Assembly (NCBI RefSeq): GCF_001194135.2
Contig: NC_068984.1
Span: 64,590,168-64,654,167 of the forward strand
Length of the DNA stretch: 64,000 nt
Direction of reading: 5' to 3'
DNA from: Octopus bimaculoides
Lineage: Eukaryota
Shown here piece by piece: positions 61,701 to 64,000 of the stretch. The translations under genes were made by a program, and so were the position numbers. Below the pieces are notes generated by a model, which was given only the letters and a program-made list of their open reading frames with translations, ran no database searches and was not told where the DNA came from. Numbering within the stretch: position 1 is the first letter of the stretch; each line of letters starts with the position of its first letter.

Positions 61701-64000
61701 ATCTTAACAAAAATAATTATGATAATAATGGTGGTGGTGGTGGTGGTGGTGGTTGTGAGGATGACAACAATGACAATATTGACATTCAGAAAAAGTGTAT
61801 ACACTAAAAGAACTTTGCAAATCACCCAAAGAACGCAGGAAACAACAGAAGCAAGAAAGGGGCTGAAACTTTTTCTCACAGCAGCTAATACTGAAGCAAA
61901 CACGTAGTTAATCCTCTTCATCAGCATCATCAATGTGATCATAAACAGATCTACAATTGAAGACCTTTATTATGATCATGAAATAAGCCCAAAATCAGAG
62001 AGCTTATTTACATTCACAATGTTACCAACGTATTTTTGATATGATTAAAGTTTAATTAAAAGAGGAAGTTCAGGGTGTCCAAAATTAGAAGAAAGGAAAA
62101 AAAAGAAGAAACCATGACTTCTGGATTAATCTCAAACGAAAGGTCTGATTGCAATGCTTGCCACAGAGTGGACTCAGTTACAGGTACCTAAGAACCTGAT
62201 ACTGTAGTTGAACAGAGTGATGTATGGAGTCTAATAGCTAAGCTTCTTTTTCTCACATTTACATTCACTCACACTCCATATATGTATATATATATGTATA
62301 TATATGCACCCCCTCCCCCCCACACACATAACTATCTATTTCTTTATTTTCTTTCATATTCACATAGGTTGAGTAGACATACAGTAGTGGCATATGCATA
62401 GAGGTGATGTTGCGTGTTGATCTTGTAGACAACCAGATATGAGCCAAGAATATATAAGTTATCAGAAATATCATATAGTTACAAAAGTTCAACAACTACA
62501 CTATTAACAAAATGAAGAAAGAAAAAAAAATCTATTAATGGTTCACAACCCCATGCTGCTGTTTTATTCTTACAAAAATGTCTTGGTATGTTTACTGCTG
62601 TCCCCTGCCCCATTACTTTCACACCTAAAATAAGCAAATAATTTTTATATCAGACAGCTATTTGATTTTCATAGGTGTGTGTATATCACTGTATAAATGA
62701 GTGAATGCAAGCATTTTTGTGTATGTGTCTATATACATACACACATACACATATATATATGTGTATCCATACATACACACATGCATGCATATATAAACAC
62801 ATGCACACACATACACACACATGGATATACAGAAATACAATTCTGTAAGTTCAAAAGTTATTAATTTTATTCTCCATTTTTATATCTCATTCCTTATGAT
62901 AGCTACTACTACTACTAGCTACAGCTTCAATCGAGACTTTTATTGTTAGATATAACTTGGTTTTAGTATCACTATCATCGTAATGCCAGAAAACATGCAA
63001 ACTCTTTTCAGAATAAGAGTAGTGCTCTGCACGGAATGGAAGCAACAAAAGAGAAAGGCAGAGGAGGCGGGGTCATCCCAAAAAGATTGAAGGAGAGAAA
63101 GAAAAGTGTGGGAGATAGACAAAATGAGATTTATAGTTTTTAGATTAGCAATGTATAAACTACTTTCAGTAATAACATTTTCCCTCTCTAACTCTCTCTG
63201 CGCGTGTGTGCGTATGTATGTATAAAGGCCAATCAAAATATAATTTTAAAAAAACAATAAAAGGAACGCGAACACAATTTGAAATTGACTTCAATGAAGT
63301 ATAAAATGATGTTTAAGTATTAGTAAACGGGGAAGCGGGGGATGAAAATTACCAGAAATAAAAAAATGTATATAAACCAAAACTAAAATCTGAAAATGGG
63401 AAATATGATAAAAGAAAACAAGAAAAAATTGAAAATGTAACAAAAAAAAAAATATTGGAAAATATAAAGTAAAAATTTGAAAACGAGAAAAAAATGGGAG
63501 TTGGGGAACATAATGATAAGAAAGAGAAAAAAAGCTATGAAATCAGTTTAAAGTAGGAGAACCTTGAGGAAAGAAAGGCAAAAGAGAAGAAAAAGTATAA
63601 GAATAACAATAATGAACTAATCCTTGAACCAAAAGAGTAATAAATAGTGTAATGTAAAGAATATTAGAAAAAAAAATTAGATTGAATAAGATAGCATGTT
63701 TAAAATATTACACTTTTATCGAAAGGTAGGTAGCATGGAATATAACAGTAGTGTGCCGGTAGGTTAAGATGAAAGATAAATATAATTGTAGGCACTGGCT
63801 TTTCCAAATGTTAGATGTAAATGTTGTTAAATAAGTTTGGAATACTGAATACTTTTGTTTCATAATTTATCTGCCACATATCAGAGCAGCTCCATAAGAA
63901 GCCCAAATAATTATTATCACCATCATTACTGTTTAGTTAGTGAGGTATAATGCAGTCTTAACTATATTGGGGTCTAAACATCTAGTATTTAAAAATCAAT

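Overview
AT-rich, microsatellite-dense eukaryotic genomic DNA with 11 N-gaps, mostly flanked by simple repeats. The repeat repertoire looks like an octopus (coleoid cephalopod) draft assembly; this is an inference. I can support only one host-gene exon: a 196-nt minus-strand exon (23782-23977) encoding the N-terminal two-thirds of a CUB domain, so most of the window is probably intron or intergenic DNA. The rest is mobile DNA. There are at least six tRNA-headed or RTE-tailed short interspersed families (labelled A-F here; my labels, not database names), a decayed Tigger/pogo transposon nested inside a SINE, RTE and R4/Dong-like LINE fragments, a piggyBac-type MITE and a Tc1-type MITE. The most interesting signal is at 44428-44685 (minus strand). 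It is a tRNA-headed, Pol III-type element whose body folds into a complete minimal type I hammerhead ribozyme (44485-44530) with a palindromic stem III, the dimer-forming design known from Penelope-like elements. A second unusual feature is a ~200-bp inverted copy of 33857-34067 inserted into the middle of a SINE at 38300-38501. Long ORFs in the supplied track are artefacts of N-gaps and microsatellites. Repeat boundaries are by-eye estimates (about +/-10-20 nt) unless TSDs or TIRs are quoted.
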